The notes below the pieces were generated by a model that did no database searches, was not told the origin of the DNA, and worked only from the letters and a program-made list of their open reading frames with translations. A stretch of 64,000 nt of DNA from contig CAVYVF010000023.1 of NCBI GenBank assembly GCA_963771885.1, forward strand, positions 928,001 through 992,000, given 5' to 3'. Both the position numbers and the translations under genes were made by a program. Source of the stretch: Candidatus Bathyarchaeota archaeon. GTDB taxonomy: Archaea > Thermoproteota > Bathyarchaeia > TCS64. This document shows, piece by piece, positions 63,279 through 64,000 of the stretch (position 1 is the stretch's first letter; each line of letters starts with the position of its first letter).

Positions 63279-63707
63279 GCGAATACGAGCCAAAGCTCGT
63301 CGGCTTCCTCTGCAACTGGTGCAGCTACGCCGGCGCCGACCTCGCGGGGGTGAGCAGGTTCCAGTACCCGACCAACCTGCGCGTAATACGCGTCATGTGC
63401 AGCGGCAGGGTACACCCCGCCCACATTCTTGAGGCTTTCAAGGACGGCGCTGACGGCGTACTAGTCGCCGGGTGCCACATCCCGACGGACTGCCACTACA
63501 TCTCGGGCAACTTCAAGGCGCAGCGCCGAGTCGCCATGGTCAAGAAACTCATGGAGCAGCTCGGTATAGAGCCCGAGCGCCTCCGCCTAGAGTGGATAAG
63601 CGCAGCGGAAGGCGACAAGTTCGCAAAGACGATACGCGAGATGACGGAGGACTCTGAAGAAGCTGGGCCCGAGCCCCGTGGCGAAGGTCCTCAAGGAGGC
63701 CAACTGA
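63275..63707 (+). CDS. mvhD: MvhD [2Fe-2S] subunit (frameshift near 63652)
   Basis: [34 protein letters not shown]. Confidence 0.92.
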
Positions 63708-63708
63708 C

Positions 63709-64000
63709 ATGGCACAAACAGAGATCAGGATCACAACCGAGGGCAAGGAGTTCCGCAACGAGGTCATGGCGACCCACGGCGCGGACAAGCTCATGCACTG
63801 CTACCAGTGCGGCACATGTACCAGCGACTGCCCCGTCGCCAAGCGCGTCCCTGAGTTCCGCCCACGAAACATCGCCCGCCTTGCCATTTACGGTCAGAAG
63901 GATCGCCTCCTAGACGGAGACCTCGTCTGGCTCTGCGCTGGTTGCTACACATGCTACGAGAGGTGCCCACAGAAGGTCCACGTCAGCGAGATAGTAAGCG
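63709..64000 (+). CDS. hdrC: HdrC-like protein, truncated by window end
   Basis: CYQCGTCTSDCP and (shifted frame) WLCAGCYTCYERCP. Confidence 0.85.
   Translation, partial: MAQTEIRITTEGKEFRNEVMATHGADKLMHCYQCGTCTSDCPVAKRVPEFRPRNIARLAIYGQKDRLLDGDLVWLCAGCYTCYERCPQKVHVSEIVS

Larger units (their letters stand above)
56514..63707 (+). repeat. Diverged tandem duplication of a ~3.78 kb hdrA-hdrA-mvhD unit
   Basis: Identical tracts 58089-58134 = 61872-61917 (46 nt) and 59516-59568 = 63299-63351 (53 nt), both offset by 3783 bp. Confidence 0.8.

Noticed and set aside
42932..64000. Selenocysteine recoding in HdrA/MvhD
   Set aside because: The relevant positions are ordinary Cys codons; the breaks are frameshifts, not in-frame TGA
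1..64000. CRISPR arrays, rRNA/tRNA genes, transposases or integrases
   Set aside because: No regularly spaced repeats, cloverleafs or recombinase motifs recognised

Overview
This is a GC-rich (roughly 58-60% by eye) archaeal chromosomal window. The archaeal assignment rests on an archaeal-type PheS/PheT, NreA with a C-terminal PIP box, a DtdA-type D-aminoacyl-tRNA deacylase, a COG1340 coiled-coil protein and TATA-like promoters in front of leaderless genes. The gene mix suggests Bathyarchaeia, but that is inference. The first ~41 kb holds mostly catabolic and housekeeping genes: amino-acid/D-amino-acid enzymes, two LLM-class oxidoreductases, UbiD plus a TPP enzyme, a bacterial-type rhaA-rhaB pair, a CoA-transferase and ppa. 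The last ~23 kb is a large redox region. Fumarate hydratase alpha/beta is divergent from an hdrC-hdrB-FeS-(SdhA/FrdA-like flavoprotein)-hdrA::mvhD operon whose MvhD domain has lost all cysteines. Further on, malic enzyme precedes a second hdrC-hdrB-(hdrA'/hdrA''-mvhD)x2-hdrC cluster built from a ~3.78 kb tandem duplication. A candidate unannotated structured ncRNA of ~130 nt with its own promoter lies at 39550-39681, divergent from a PD-(D/E)XK-like ORF. Many genes carry single-base frameshifts, most likely long-read assembly errors. No rRNA, tRNA, CRISPR array or transposase was recognised. All family assignments are from motif recognition by eye, not database searches.
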